Source: an uncultured delta proteobacterium | GTDB lineage: Bacteria > Desulfobacterota > Desulfobacteria > Desulfobacterales > JAFDCJ01 | Reading direction: 5' to 3' | Assembly (NCBI GenBank): GCA_963769935.1 | Contig: CAVYNY010000020.1 | Coordinates: forward strand, 224,001-288,000 | Length of the DNA: 64,000 nt | Shown: positions 31,128-41,003 of the stretch, one piece after another | Layout of the letters: every line of letters starts with the position of its first letter | Position numbering within the stretch: the first letter of the stretch is position 1 | Notes under the pieces: generated by a model | Database searches by the model: none | What the model was told of the DNA's origin: nothing | Seen by the model: the letters and a program-made list of their open reading frames with translations, nothing else | Position numbers and translations under genes: made by a program

Positions 31128-32936
31128 ATGCGCGCCAATCAAAAACATCCTGTGTCCGAATCTTCCAACCAGGCCATAGATCCCCTGCTAAAGGCATTCG
31201 ACCGGCCGGTGCTGCCGATTGCCGTATTGGTGCTCGTCGGCGTGCTGGTTTACCTTAACTCTTTGTCCAATGGTTTTGTTTTTGACGATTATGCCGTGAT
31301 TGTCCAAAACAAATACCTCACGGAGCGGGGCGCAGGTTTCCTGTCCTTTTTCAACCACTCCTATTTTAACATTGCCGGCGGTGAAGCCAGTTATCGTCCG
31401 GTGGCGACATTATCCTACTACCTTATCCACCTGGCGGCGGGGTTGAACCCGTTTTATTATCATCTGACCAGTGTCGTACTGCACATTCTGAATATTCTCC
31501 TGGTTTACCGGATGGCTTGTTTAATTCTGAAGAACCCATTATCGGCTCTGGTCGCAGGGCTGTTGTTTGCCTGCCATCCGGTCCTGACTGAAACGGTTGA
31601 CTGCATTGCCTACAATGAGGATTTGTTGACCGGCTTTTTTTTCCTGCTGGCCTTTATTTTGTACCTGAAATCAACCCCGGAAAATTTTAAAAAGGCAGCT
31701 GTAAAATACTATTGCGGCTCGCTGCTTTTTTTTCTGCTGGGGCTGCTGTCCAAAGAAATGGCGATCACCCTGCCGGCAGTACTTCTGCTCTATGACCTGA
31801 CGCTAAGGCCGGCCGGCCGGCAATCTTTTACCCCGGGGATGATTCTAAACGCCGTTAAAGACAGGGGGCGGTTATATGCCGGCTATGCGGCCGTCAGTCT
31901 GTTTTATTTAGCCCTGCGGTTTAAATTCTTGTCCAGCCCGGCGGAGCAGGCCACGCCTTTTTACGGCAGCCTGTTTGAAAGAATCCTGTATCTGCCCGCG
32001 CATATTTTCAGCTTTATGAAGCTGGCAATTTTCCCGGCCGCCTTAAACGCTGACTATGTGTTTGCATATCCGTCCGGCTTTTTCGGCCTATCGAATCTCG
32101 CCGGTTTTGTCATCGTCCTCGGGCTAGCCGCCGTCAGCTTTTATATCTATAAATATTCCCGGCAAATCTTTTTCTGCATCTGGTGGTTTCTGATCACCCT
32201 GTTTCCCGTTTACAATATCATCCCGATCTTCAACCCCCTGGCCGAACGATATCTGTATGTCCCGCTGATTGGATTTTGCCTGCTGGTGTCAATCATTTTC
32301 AGCAACCTGTATTTAAACCGCTTTGCGAAAACGGCACCGCTCAAAATTTTAACACTGGCAGTACTCATAGCCATGGTCGGATCGTATGCGGCGGCTGCCG
32401 CCTTCCGCAATCCGGATTGGAAAGACAATTTTACCCTGTGGTCGAAAACGGTGAAGCAATCGCCCAACAGCAGCGTTGCCCACGGGAGTCTCGGCCGGGC
32501 TTACCAGGAGAAGGGGCGGCTGGATAAAGCCGTGACTGAATATGAAAAAGCCCTGCGGATATTTCCCGCCGACTACAAGGCCCACTACAACCTCGGCGTT
32601 ATCTATGATCGGGAGAATCTTTCAGCCAAGGCCGTGCACCATTACCAAAGAGCAATAGAGATAAATCCCCGATATATCGATGCGCGTTTCAACCTTGCCA
32701 TTATCTATCAAAAGCAGGGTCTTCTGGACAAAGCCATTCAGCAATTCCGGAAGGTGATCGAGCTGGACCCGGAAGATTTTGAAGCCCGCAACAACCTGGG
32801 GGTTGCCTACGCCATGCAGGGTAATCTGGACCGCGCGATTGTCGAGTGGCAAAAAGTCCTGGATATTGATCCGACCAATCAAGGTGCTCAGGACAATGTC
32901 GCAAAGGCCAGGGCGATATTGGAGAAATCGAACTAA
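31128..32936 (+). CDS. TMTC-like membrane glycosyltransferase (GT-C fold) with C-terminal TPRs
   Basis: FVFDD, YRP, HPV.TE.V, SKE, AERYLY motifs, many TM segments, about 4 TPRs. Confidence 0.82.
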   Translation: MRANQKHPVSESSNQAIDPLLKAFDRPVLPIAVLVLVGVLVYLNSLSNGFVFDDYAVIVQNKYLTERGAGFLSFFNHSYFNIAGGEASYRPVATLSYYLIHLAAGLNPFYYHLTSVVLHILNILLVYRMACLILKNPLSALVAGLLFACHPVLTETVDCIAYNEDLLTGFFFLLAFILYLKSTPENFKKAAVKYYCGSLLFFLLGLLSKEMAITLPAVLLLYDLTLRPAGRQSFTPGMILNAVKDRGRLYAGYAAVSLFYLALRFKFLSSPAEQATPFYGSLFERILYLPAHIFSFMKLAIFPAALNADYVFAYPSGFFGLSNLAGFVIVLGLAAVSFYIYKYSRQIFFCIWWFLITLFPVYNIIPIFNPLAERYLYVPLIGFCLLVSIIFSNLYLNRFAKTAPLKILTLAVLIAMVGSYAAAAAFRNPDWKDNFTLWSKTVKQSPNSSVAHGSLGRAYQEKGRLDKAVTEYEKALRIFPADYKAHYNLGVIYDRENLSAKAVHHYQRAIEINPRYIDARFNLAIIYQKQGLLDKAIQQFRKVIELDPEDFEARNNLGVAYAMQGNLDRAIVEWQKVLDIDPTNQGAQDNVAKARAILEKSN

Positions 32937-33058
32937 TCCGTCCTGAAAAATGACCCATGCAGTGAAAGCAGAGGGGTCGACGCTTGCTACAGGAGAGCCC
33001 GCAGCTATTTTTGAGCTTGCTTTTCGCTGAAGGTGGTGGTAGTTTAAATCTAAATTTC

Positions 33059-33108
33059 GGGGATGGAGTCCCCCTGTAACCGCCCGGCCCGGGCTGATGA
33101 CTCCTGCC
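33059..33108 (+). ncRNA. Fluoride riboswitch (crcB motif) #1
   Basis: GGGGATGGAGTCCCC-TGTAACCGC...GCTGATGACTCCTG; pseudoknot GGAG/CTCC; downstream GGCGGTT-T-tract complementary to AACCGCC. Confidence 0.9.
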
Positions 33109-33242
33109 GACAGCCATGTTCGGCGGGTTTTGATTAGTGGGAGGCCTGAAGGCGGTTTTTTTATTGCCACAGCGCGCCGACGGCCTCTCTGGGTGTGAGC
33201 ATTCCGGAAATGGATGCTCAGAATTCAACCGGGGAGACGGAA

Positions 33243-35048
33243 ATGACGCAGGCAGCACCCGCATCACTATATTGCAACGATCGCCCGCCTCTTGCGGCCT
33301 TGCTGGAAAAAGCGGCCGTCACGGTCGCGGAGATCGGACCGCAATTCATTCATTATGGCCGCAAGTTGACCGATTTGAACAGTCGCTTTTCCGAGGGCCG
33401 GTTTCACCTGGCGGTTCTCGGCCAGTTCAAGCGCGGCAAGAGCACTTTGCTGAACGCTCTGACGGGCCAGCCGATTCTGCCCGTGGGAGTCGTCCCCTTG
33501 ACCGCTGCACCGACCTTCCTTCAGTTCGGAGAGGCACCAAAAATCAGGGTAAGCTACCAGGATAACCGCCCCGCAGATGTATTCATCGGCGCCTCCACCG
33601 GCGAAAGATGCGCTTATTTGGCCGGCTTTGTCACTGAAAAGGGCAATCCCCAAAACAGGCGCGGCATTGCCGAGGTGCAAGTCGACCTGCCGGCGCCCCT
33701 TCTTTCCGGTGGCGTCGTATTGATCGACACGCCCGGCATCGGCTCCACCTACCGGCACAACACCACGGCTACCCTCGATTTCCTGCGGCAATGCGATGCG
33801 GCCCTTTTTCTGGTTTCGGCCGACCCGCCCATCACAGAAGTGGAGCTTGAGTTTTTACGGCAGGTGAGGGAAAAAGTGCCGCGGTTGTTCTTCGTATTGA
33901 ATAAAATCGATTACCTGGATAACGGCGAACTCGAAGAAGCGCTTTCCTTTTGCAAGAGCGTCCTGGCCCAGGAGGTTGGTTGGACCGGCGAATCTCCCGT
34001 TTTTTGCGTTTCGGCCCGCAAAGGCCTGGAAGCAAGAGCGGCCCAAGATCCCGGCGGATGGACCGCCAGCGGCATGGCGCAGTTGGAATCCTTCCTGGTG
34101 GATTTTCTTGCCAGAGAAAAGTTCAATGCCTTGATGGATGCCGTCTCCCGCCGGTCGCTGGATTTTATTGAGGCCATCCTGATGGAGGCCGGCATCGCTT
34201 TGCAGGCCCTGCAGCTGCCCCAACAAAAACTCGAAGAGAAAATCTCCATTTTTGAGGAAAGCCTGAAGCGGGCCGCGAGCGAGCGCGGGCTGATCCAGGA
34301 TGTTCTGGCAGGCGATAAAAAGCGGGTCGTGGCCTTTGTGGAGGAACAGGCCTGCGATTTGCGCGGGGAAGCCGAACAATTTTTGAAGAATACCATGCAT
34401 GGCGGCGCCGATTCAGGCAGCTGCGGCAAATCCACCAAAGCCGGTATCCAGCAGGCCTGGGCCGAAGCAATCCCCGACTTTTTCGAGCAGCAGCGGGCGG
34501 CGCTCAATGAACGCGTTCAGGCACGCCTATTGGAGTGCCTGGCACCGCATGAACAGCGCCTGACCCATCTCCTGGAAACACTGCGTCAGACTGCCGCCGA
34601 ACTGTTCCGGATACCTTACAGGCCCCTGACGCAGGAAGCGGCCCTGGAAATCAAAAAAAGGCCGTATTGGGTATTGAACACCTGGAACACCGATCCGCTG
34701 CCCATGCTTCAATCCATGGATCAACGTCTGGACGGACTGGTCCGGCGCAATGTCGAAAACATCCGCTGGTCCATGCTTCAGAACCTGAACATCTCCTTTG
34801 CCGGTTTTGCCCGCCGGACCCGGGAACGCCTGGATGAAACCGTTGCCGCCACCAAGGGGGCCATGGAGGCAGCCCATGCACGGCGACAGGCCCACGGCGG
34901 AAGCATTGAATCGGAAGCGGCTCGCATGGGCGACCGCATCGCGGTTTTGGAAGGGTTGAAAACCCAATTTGCCGTCTTGCGATCCGGCTTGCTTCAGGCT
35001 GCCGAGCCTAAATCGCAGGATGGTTTACCATCGGAGACCGGCGCATGA
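33243..35048 (+). CDS. Bacterial dynamin-like GTPase (alternative starts 33195/33210)
   Basis: G1 GQFKRGKST, G2 PLT, G3 DTPG, G4 NKID, VSAR; long helical C-terminus. Confidence 0.9.
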   Translation: MTQAAPASLYCNDRPPLAALLEKAAVTVAEIGPQFIHYGRKLTDLNSRFSEGRFHLAVLGQFKRGKSTLLNALTGQPILPVGVVPLTAAPTFLQFGEAPKIRVSYQDNRPADVFIGASTGERCAYLAGFVTEKGNPQNRRGIAEVQVDLPAPLLSGGVVLIDTPGIGSTYRHNTTATLDFLRQCDAALFLVSADPPITEVELEFLRQVREKVPRLFFVLNKIDYLDNGELEEALSFCKSVLAQEVGWTGESPVFCVSARKGLEARAAQDPGGWTASGMAQLESFLVDFLAREKFNALMDAVSRRSLDFIEAILMEAGIALQALQLPQQKLEEKISIFEESLKRAASERGLIQDVLAGDKKRVVAFVEEQACDLRGEAEQFLKNTMHGGADSGSCGKSTKAGIQQAWAEAIPDFFEQQRAALNERVQARLLECLAPHEQRLTHLLETLRQTAAELFRIPYRPLTQEAALEIKKRPYWVLNTWNTDPLPMLQSMDQRLDGLVRRNVENIRWSMLQNLNISFAGFARRTRERLDETVAATKGAMEAAHARRQAHGGSIESEAARMGDRIAVLEGLKTQFAVLRSGLLQAAEPKSQDGLPSETGA

Positions 35049-35145
35049 GCTGTGGTTGCTGAAAATAGTTCTATTGCGATCTGGAAAATGAAATCCGAAG
35101 CAAAAATAGAACGAATGCAATTGAGCCGACTGCGAAAATTTTGTC

Positions 35146-35175
35146 TTGACTTAATTTTGAAAAGACTATAGTCAA
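35146..35175 (+). promoter_or_regulatory. Candidate sigma70 promoter / palindromic operator
   Basis: TTGACT-N15-TATAGT; the same stretch forms TTGACT...AGTCAA; repeated at 46803-46833. Confidence 0.45.
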
Positions 35176-35207
35176 AAAAACACTAGATAAGCAAAAACTG
35201 CCGAGAA

Positions 35208-35257
35208 GGGGGATGGAGTCCCCCTGATAACCGCCTTGATGGCTGATGACTCCTACC
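35208..35257 (+). ncRNA. Fluoride riboswitch #2
   Basis: GGGGGATGGAGTCCCCCTGATAACCGCCTTGATGGCTGATGACTCCTACC. Confidence 0.93.
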
Positions 35258-35331
35258 ATGGCCGAGAATTCCTGGTGGGAGTTTATATATGAAAAGCTCC
35301 TGCCGGGTACGAGACCTGGAGGAGTTTTTTT
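35249..35331 (+). terminator. Riboswitch expression platform: two tandem hairpins
   Basis: actcctacca/tggtgggagt overlapping the aptamer 3' end; aagctcctgccgggt-acgag-acctggaggagtttttt. Confidence 0.7.
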
Positions 35332-35545
35332 GTGTGCCGCAACTTCTGTTTGTGGAAACCGCAGCAGGTTCCGAATCGTCTTAAAAACACGCTCCAGACT
35401 AATTTGTTTCCCGCCTCCAATGGGTCTCTTATCATAAATATAACAAATTTTGCGTCTGATCTTTCATTCTGCCGGACATGGCGTTTTTGGGTGCGCAGAG
35501 GACGCGATGTTGCGCGAGGCGGCGAATTTAAAAGGAGAAGGCTGG

Positions 35546-36496
35546 ATGCTTCAAAAGTTCATTTTCAATATCATTCAGGTTTTGGTCGTGCTGGCCTTTT
35601 CGCCCCTCGTCAAGGGGGTTATGGATCGCCTCAAGGAGCGGGTCCAGTCGAAGAGAGGTCCGAGTATCTTTCAGCCCTACCGGGACATCTGGAAACTCTT
35701 CCACAAAGATGAAGTGGTGTCGGAGCACAGCTCCTGGATTTTCCGGTTGACGCCCTATGTGTGCTTCACAACACCCATGTTTGTCGCCCTTCTTATCCCC
35801 GTACTGACGGATTATCCGCTCTTTTTTGCTTTTATGGCGGATATGTTGGGCGGCGGCTTCGTGCTGGCACTGGGCGGGTTTTTTGCAACTCTGGCCGCCG
35901 TGGATACCGGAAACCCGTATGGACCGATGGGAGCCAGCCGCACGCGGATGGTCGGTTTTCTGGCCGAACCCGTCTTCATGGTGGTATTCTTCACCCTCTC
36001 CTTTGTAGCCGGTTCCACCATTCCCTATATCGTTCAGAAAGTCTGGGTGACATCGATTGCGAATTTCTTCGATCCATCACATGTCCTCGTGATGCTCGCC
36101 TTCCTGATGCTCATTATCGCTGAAAACGGACGCATTCCGGTGGACAACCCTTCCGGTCATTTTGAGCTGGCCATGATTGATGAATCCAAAGGGCTGGAAT
36201 ATTCGGGCCGCGGCGCGGCGCTTATGAAGTGGGGCGGCGCGATGAAATTCTTCGTACTGCTGTGCATCTTTCTCAATGTGATCGTGACACCGTGGGGCCT
36301 GGCGCGCAGCGATGCCGTCTGGCAGATTTTGATGGCCATTCCGCTCATTTTGCTGAAAATGTTCGCCCTGGTCGTGGTTTTGGTGGTGATCGAGTCATCG
36401 CTTGCCAAGCTGAGGCTGTTTCGCATCACGGAGTTTCTGGGTGCGGCCTTCGTCACTTCGGTGGCGGCAGTGATTATCCAACTTCTGGAGATATAG
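35546..36496 (+). CDS. hyfC: Hydrogenase-4 / Ehr membrane subunit, NuoH-like
   Basis: GPSIFQPYRD..KL..K, GASR, AEP, GRIPVD, LEYSG; AAGGAG RBS. Confidence 0.9.
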   Translation: MLQKFIFNIIQVLVVLAFSPLVKGVMDRLKERVQSKRGPSIFQPYRDIWKLFHKDEVVSEHSSWIFRLTPYVCFTTPMFVALLIPVLTDYPLFFAFMADMLGGGFVLALGGFFATLAAVDTGNPYGPMGASRTRMVGFLAEPVFMVVFFTLSFVAGSTIPYIVQKVWVTSIANFFDPSHVLVMLAFLMLIIAENGRIPVDNPSGHFELAMIDESKGLEYSGRGAALMKWGGAMKFFVLLCIFLNVIVTPWGLARSDAVWQILMAIPLILLKMFALVVVLVVIESSLAKLRLFRITEFLGAAFVTSVAAVIIQLLEI

Positions 36497-36505
36497 AGGT
36501 AAGAC

Positions 36506-37159
36506 ATGATTCAATTGAACGCTCTCGCGGGGGGACTCTTTCTGCTCACCATATTCGGGGTCATCGCCGTACGTCAAATCATCGGCGGTCTGAGGCTGTT
36601 TTTCATCCAGTCGATCCTGCTGGCCGGTTCGGCCTGTATCCTGGGCTATGAATTCGCCTCGATCCATTTGCTGGCGGTTGCCGGCATCACCCTGGCAGTC
36701 AAGTCCATCCTGATTCCCTGGCTCCTGCTGCGCACCCTCAGCCATGAGGTCCATGCCCGCCGGGAGATCACACAGGTCTTGAACATCCCCACCTCGCTGC
36801 TGGTTGCGGCGGCGATCACCATTTTGGCCTATTTTATTGTCCAGCCCCTGCTGGCCGTATCGTCTACGGCCTTTACCCGGATCAACCTGCCCATCGGTAC
36901 GGCCGGCCTTCTGCTGGGAGCCTACGCTGTGACAGTCAGGCGCGAGGCCTTGCCGCAGGTTCTGGGGATTCTGACCATGGAAAACGGGGCGTTTCTGGCA
37001 GGCGTTTCAATTGCCCCGAACTTGCCTTTCATCGCCGAACTGGCGGCTGCCTTTGACGTGCTGATCATCGCGATGGTGATGGGGCTTCTCGCCAGGCGGA
37101 TCCACAAACAGGTGGGTACCACGCTGGTGGGGGAAATGGCGACATTGAAGGAGGAATAA
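36506..37159 (+). CDS. hyfE: Hydrogenase-4 membrane subunit E-like
   Basis: hydrophobic; K.ILIP, QVLGILTMENG, ELAAAFDV. Confidence 0.85.
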   Translation: MIQLNALAGGLFLLTIFGVIAVRQIIGGLRLFFIQSILLAGSACILGYEFASIHLLAVAGITLAVKSILIPWLLLRTLSHEVHARREITQVLNIPTSLLVAAAITILAYFIVQPLLAVSSTAFTRINLPIGTAGLLLGAYAVTVRREALPQVLGILTMENGAFLAGVSIAPNLPFIAELAAAFDVLIIAMVMGLLARRIHKQVGTTLVGEMATLKEE

Positions 37160-37165
37160 AGTCTC

Positions 37166-38614
37166 ATGGAGCTTTGGTACATCCTGGCGATTCCCATGCT
37201 TGGCGCTGGCCTGGCGATGGTCCCGACGAGTAAACCCGGACTTGCGGCCGGGGCTACCGTGCTGGGGACCCTGGCAGTCTTTATTTTGTCCTGGCAAGCG
37301 GCCTGGGGCCTGGGGCACGGCATACCGGTGCCGGGCCCGGCAGAGTGGCTTGCCTGTGATGGGTTGAGCGCTCTTATTCTGATGCTGGTCTCCTTCGTGG
37401 GATGTGCGGCCGCCATATTCTCCTGGGGATATATCGGCCTGCCTGCTGATGACAAAGACCGGCAGCGCGCCCGGCGGTACTATAGGCGCTTTAACCTCTT
37501 CCTGCTTTCCATGCTGGCCGTCCCGCTGCTGTCTCAGATTGCGATGGTGTGGATCGCCGTGGAACTGACGACACTGCTTTCCGTATTCCTGGTGAGTTTT
37601 GAAAATACCGCTCAGGCCATGGAGGCCGCCTGGAAGTATGTGATTCTGACCTGCATGGGAGCGGCCCTGGCACTGATCGGGGTTTTGATTCTTTACTGGG
37701 GCCAGAGTCTTGCAGGCGGGGGGACGTTCACCTGGACGGGGTTGGCTGCCGCCTCACCCGGGATTCCGCCGATATTTCTCAAGACCGCCTTCCTCTTTAT
37801 CCTGGTAGGATTCGGGACCAAGGCGGGGCTGGTGCCTCTGCATACCTGGCTGCCCGATGCGCACAGCCAGGCCCCTTCACCGGTCTGCGCGCTGCTTTCG
37901 GGTGTCGAAACCACGACGGCCCTGTACGTCATCCTCAGACTTTTACCGGTCTTAAGCAATGTCTCCGGCAGCATCGGTTCGACCTGGTTGACGGTTTTCG
38001 GTTTGCTGTCCATGGGTGCAGCGGCCTTCCTGCTGATTCAGGTCCGGGATTACAAGCGGCTTTTTGCCTTTTCCACCATCGAGCATATGGGCATCATCCT
38101 GGTCGCGGCCGGAATCGGAGGAGAGGCCGCCCACCTGGCTGCCGCCGCCCAGATCATGACCCACGCCGTTACGAAGTCTTTCTGCTTTTATGCGGCCGGC
38201 GCCGTGCTGATGATGACCGGCACGCGCGAGATCGCTTCCGTGCGCGGACTGGTGCGGACTTCCCCGATTGTGGCGATTTGCCTGATGATCGGGGCCTTGG
38301 CCATCGCGGGCGCCCCGCCGTTCGCCGTGTTTTTGAGCGAGTTCGGCATATTCAGCGCCGGGCTTGCCGGAGGCCGTTATATCGTGACGGGTTTGTTCAC
38401 GCTCTTCATCACAGTAGCCTTCGGCGGCATCATGTACCAGGTCAACGCCATGGTGTTCGGCCGGGGTCCGGCCGGCGCCGCCCGAACCCGCCTGCCGCTG
38501 AGCTGCGGGGTTACCCTGGCACTGACCGTGCTGCCGGTGATTCTGCTCGGTTTGCATATTCCCGAACCGCTGCAAAACCTTTTGCGGTCTGCAGCGGCCG
38601 GCTTTGGGAGGTAA
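37166..38614 (+). CDS. hyfF: Antiporter-like proton-translocating subunit F
   Basis: WIAVELTT, EAAWKY, GFGTKAGLVPLHTWLPDAHSQAP, KRLFAFSTIEHMG. Confidence 0.9.
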   Translation: MELWYILAIPMLGAGLAMVPTSKPGLAAGATVLGTLAVFILSWQAAWGLGHGIPVPGPAEWLACDGLSALILMLVSFVGCAAAIFSWGYIGLPADDKDRQRARRYYRRFNLFLLSMLAVPLLSQIAMVWIAVELTTLLSVFLVSFENTAQAMEAAWKYVILTCMGAALALIGVLILYWGQSLAGGGTFTWTGLAAASPGIPPIFLKTAFLFILVGFGTKAGLVPLHTWLPDAHSQAPSPVCALLSGVETTTALYVILRLLPVLSNVSGSIGSTWLTVFGLLSMGAAAFLLIQVRDYKRLFAFSTIEHMGIILVAAGIGGEAAHLAAAAQIMTHAVTKSFCFYAAGAVLMMTGTREIASVRGLVRTSPIVAICLMIGALAIAGAPPFAVFLSEFGIFSAGLAGGRYIVTGLFTLFITVAFGGIMYQVNAMVFGRGPAGAARTRLPLSCGVTLALTVLPVILLGLHIPEPLQNLLRSAAAGFGR

Positions 38615-38621
38615 GACGAAA

Positions 38622-40229
38622 ATGGCCCTTCCCCTGGACAACATCGTGCAATGGACGAATCTGGCTGAAGCGCAACATCTCACGCTGGCCGGGCCGGGTC
38701 GAAGCGAGTCTTGATGAAGACAGGCTTATCGCTCATATCAAATGCGATCCCGGCGACCTGCAGGCGCTCTGCGGCTGGCTTGTTTCCGAATTGGGTTACA
38801 GCTTGGCCGCGCTGGTCGTCGAGGAAGAAGCGTCCGCATGGATGCTGCGCTACTTCTTTTACGGAGATCTGGGAAGCGGGCAGGTGCATGTTGTCGTCTG
38901 CTACCCCCTGTCCCAGACCACGATTCCCAGTATCAGCCGGCCGGTCCACGCCGCCGACTGGCAGGAGCGGGAGATTGAAGATCTCTTCGGGCTTCGGTTC
39001 GAAGGCCATCCCCGGCTGGGAGACTTTGTCCTGCACGAGGAATGGCCCGAGGGCGTCAACCCCATGCGGACATCTTTTGATGCCGCCGGAGCCTATCCTC
39101 ACAGGCAGCCGGATCCTGAATGGAGCCCGCTTGCCATCGTGGAAGCCCCCGGGGCCTTCATGATGCCGGTGGGGCCGGTCTATTCCGACCATGCCGAATC
39201 CGCCCTTTTTCTGCTCGAAACGGTCGGAGAGGATGTCCTGCGAACCATTCCGCGTTTTTTTTACAAGTATCGTGGGTTGGAAAAAATCGCGGAGGGAAAA
39301 TCCGTCGATCAGGTCCTTTTGCCGGTCGAAAGATTTTCAGGAACCTCCGCATTCGCGCACTCACTGGCCTTTTGCCGGGCCGTGGAAGAAATTTGCGGGG
39401 TGCGGGTTCCGGACAGAGCCCAGGCCCTGCGGGTGCTTCTGGCAGAGCTGGAGCGGCTGCGTCATCATGTGGCCGTGATTGCCGGTATCTGCCAGTCGAC
39501 GGCCCTTGCCGTGGCGACGAGCCAGGCAAGCATCCTGGAAGAAGAGATTCTGCGGCTTTGCTGTACCCTGGCGGGGCACCGCTATCTTTTCGGAATCAAC
39601 GTGCCGGGAGGCCTTGTCCTGGATCTGAGCAATGCTGAGTGCGACAAACTCGCTCAAGCAGCCTGGGGTGTTCTGGAACGACTGAAAAATCTGCAGGACA
39701 TGCTGCGCTTTTCAAGCTCCTTCCTGGATCGTCTGGAGGAAGTAGGGATCGTCTCCAGGGAAAAGTCCGTCTCTTACGGATTGGTGGGTCCTGTGGCCAG
39801 GGCGTCGGGCGTCTCCCGCGATCTGCGGGCGGCGCTGCCCTACGGCTATTACGACAGCGCCCTTAAGTTCCGGATCCCGCGCGAACAGGAAGGCGACGGT
39901 TATGCCCGCCTGCGGATTTTTTTCGGCGAAGCGGAACAATCGGTGAACATCATCAGCCAGGTGGCCGCTGCCCTTCCGCAAGGCCGGTCCGGTGTGAGCC
40001 GTTTGATCCGGCTCCGGGGGCCGCCCTCGGCTGGGTCGAAGCGCCTGCCGGCGCGGCATTTCACTGGGTGCGCATCGGGGTCAACGGCAAGCTTGCCCGC
40101 TGCCGCGTCATGACGCCGTCCTTCGTCAACTGGCATGGATTTCATCTTGCCGCAGAGGACTTCGCCTTCCAGGATTTTCCGATCATCATGGCGACCTTCG
40201 GGCTCTCCAATGCAGAATGCGACCGTTAG
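38622..40229 (+). CDS. hyfG: NuoC/D-like fused large subunit lacking NiFe-binding cysteines (Ehr type); frameshifts near both ends
   Basis: EREIEDLFG, GHP, GPV, YRGLEK, ERFSGTSAFAH (no CxxC), ELERL, GPVARASG; shifted C-terminus GWVEAP...PSFVNW...DFPIIMATFGLSNAECDR stop 40229. Confidence 0.85.
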
Positions 40230-40241
40230 GAGGAAAAAATT

Positions 40242-41003
40242 ATGACAAAATGGGTATGGCAAGGGCTTCGGACAGGCATCAAGACCACCGAATACCCTCA
40301 TTCTCCGGAAACCGCAGCGGGGGTTTCTCCGGGAAGGCCTGTTGATCAAGAGCCTGTCCTGCAGAAGGAAATCCGGCCTGTGATGGATTTATGTCCCACC
40401 AACGCCCTGCTCCGATCGGCGGACAGGATCAGCGTGGACTACCGGCGCTGTATTCACTGCTTCCGGTGCAAACGCTTGCCCGCTGAACCTTTGAGCTGGG
40501 AACCCGGCTATGAGTGGGGGGAGTTTGTGTCCGATCAGGGGCCACTTGACCAGACCTTTGCGGCTTCCCTTCACATCCGCATCGTAGATGCGGGCGCCTG
40601 CGGGGCTTGTTTGAGCGAGATCAGGCAGATCACCAGCCCCTACTACAATATCCACCGCCTCGGTTTCTTTATCACACCTACTCCCAGAGCCGCGGATGTT
40701 TTGCTGGTGGCAGGGCCGGGAACCGACCACATGCGGGTATCGCTGCAAAAAGTCTTTGAGGCCATGCCCGCCCCAAAGCGGGTGATTGCCGTGGGGACCT
40801 GTGCGCTGACCGGCGGCGTTTTCGGGCCGAGCTTCGCCACGCAGGCCGGGGTGGGCGAAATGATTCCGGTGGATGTGGAGGTGCCGGGCTGTCCGCCGCC
40901 GCCCCTGGCAATCATCCACGCGGCGCTGGTTGCAGTCGGCCGAAAAAAAACGTCGAACGTGCCATCGCCTCCGGAAGCAGAGAAAAACAAGGAGCGGCTA
41001 TAA
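40242..41003 (+). CDS. hyfI: Ferredoxin + NuoB-like small subunit fusion
   Basis: CPTNA, CIHCFRC; DAGACGAC, TPRAAD, GTCA, VPGCPP. Confidence 0.88.
   Translation: MTKWVWQGLRTGIKTTEYPHSPETAAGVSPGRPVDQEPVLQKEIRPVMDLCPTNALLRSADRISVDYRRCIHCFRCKRLPAEPLSWEPGYEWGEFVSDQGPLDQTFAASLHIRIVDAGACGACLSEIRQITSPYYNIHRLGFFITPTPRAADVLLVAGPGTDHMRVSLQKVFEAMPAPKRVIAVGTCALTGGVFGPSFATQAGVGEMIPVDVEVPGCPPPPLAIIHAALVAVGRKKTSNVPSPPEAEKNKERL

Noticed and set aside
35246..35437. Leader peptide ORF in the riboswitch #2 leader
   Set aside because: The equivalent frame in the paralogous #3 leader stops after about 10 codons
38622..40229. True NiFe hydrogenase / formate hydrogenlyase
   Set aside because: Both CxxC Ni-binding motifs are absent; no fdh or hyp genes nearby
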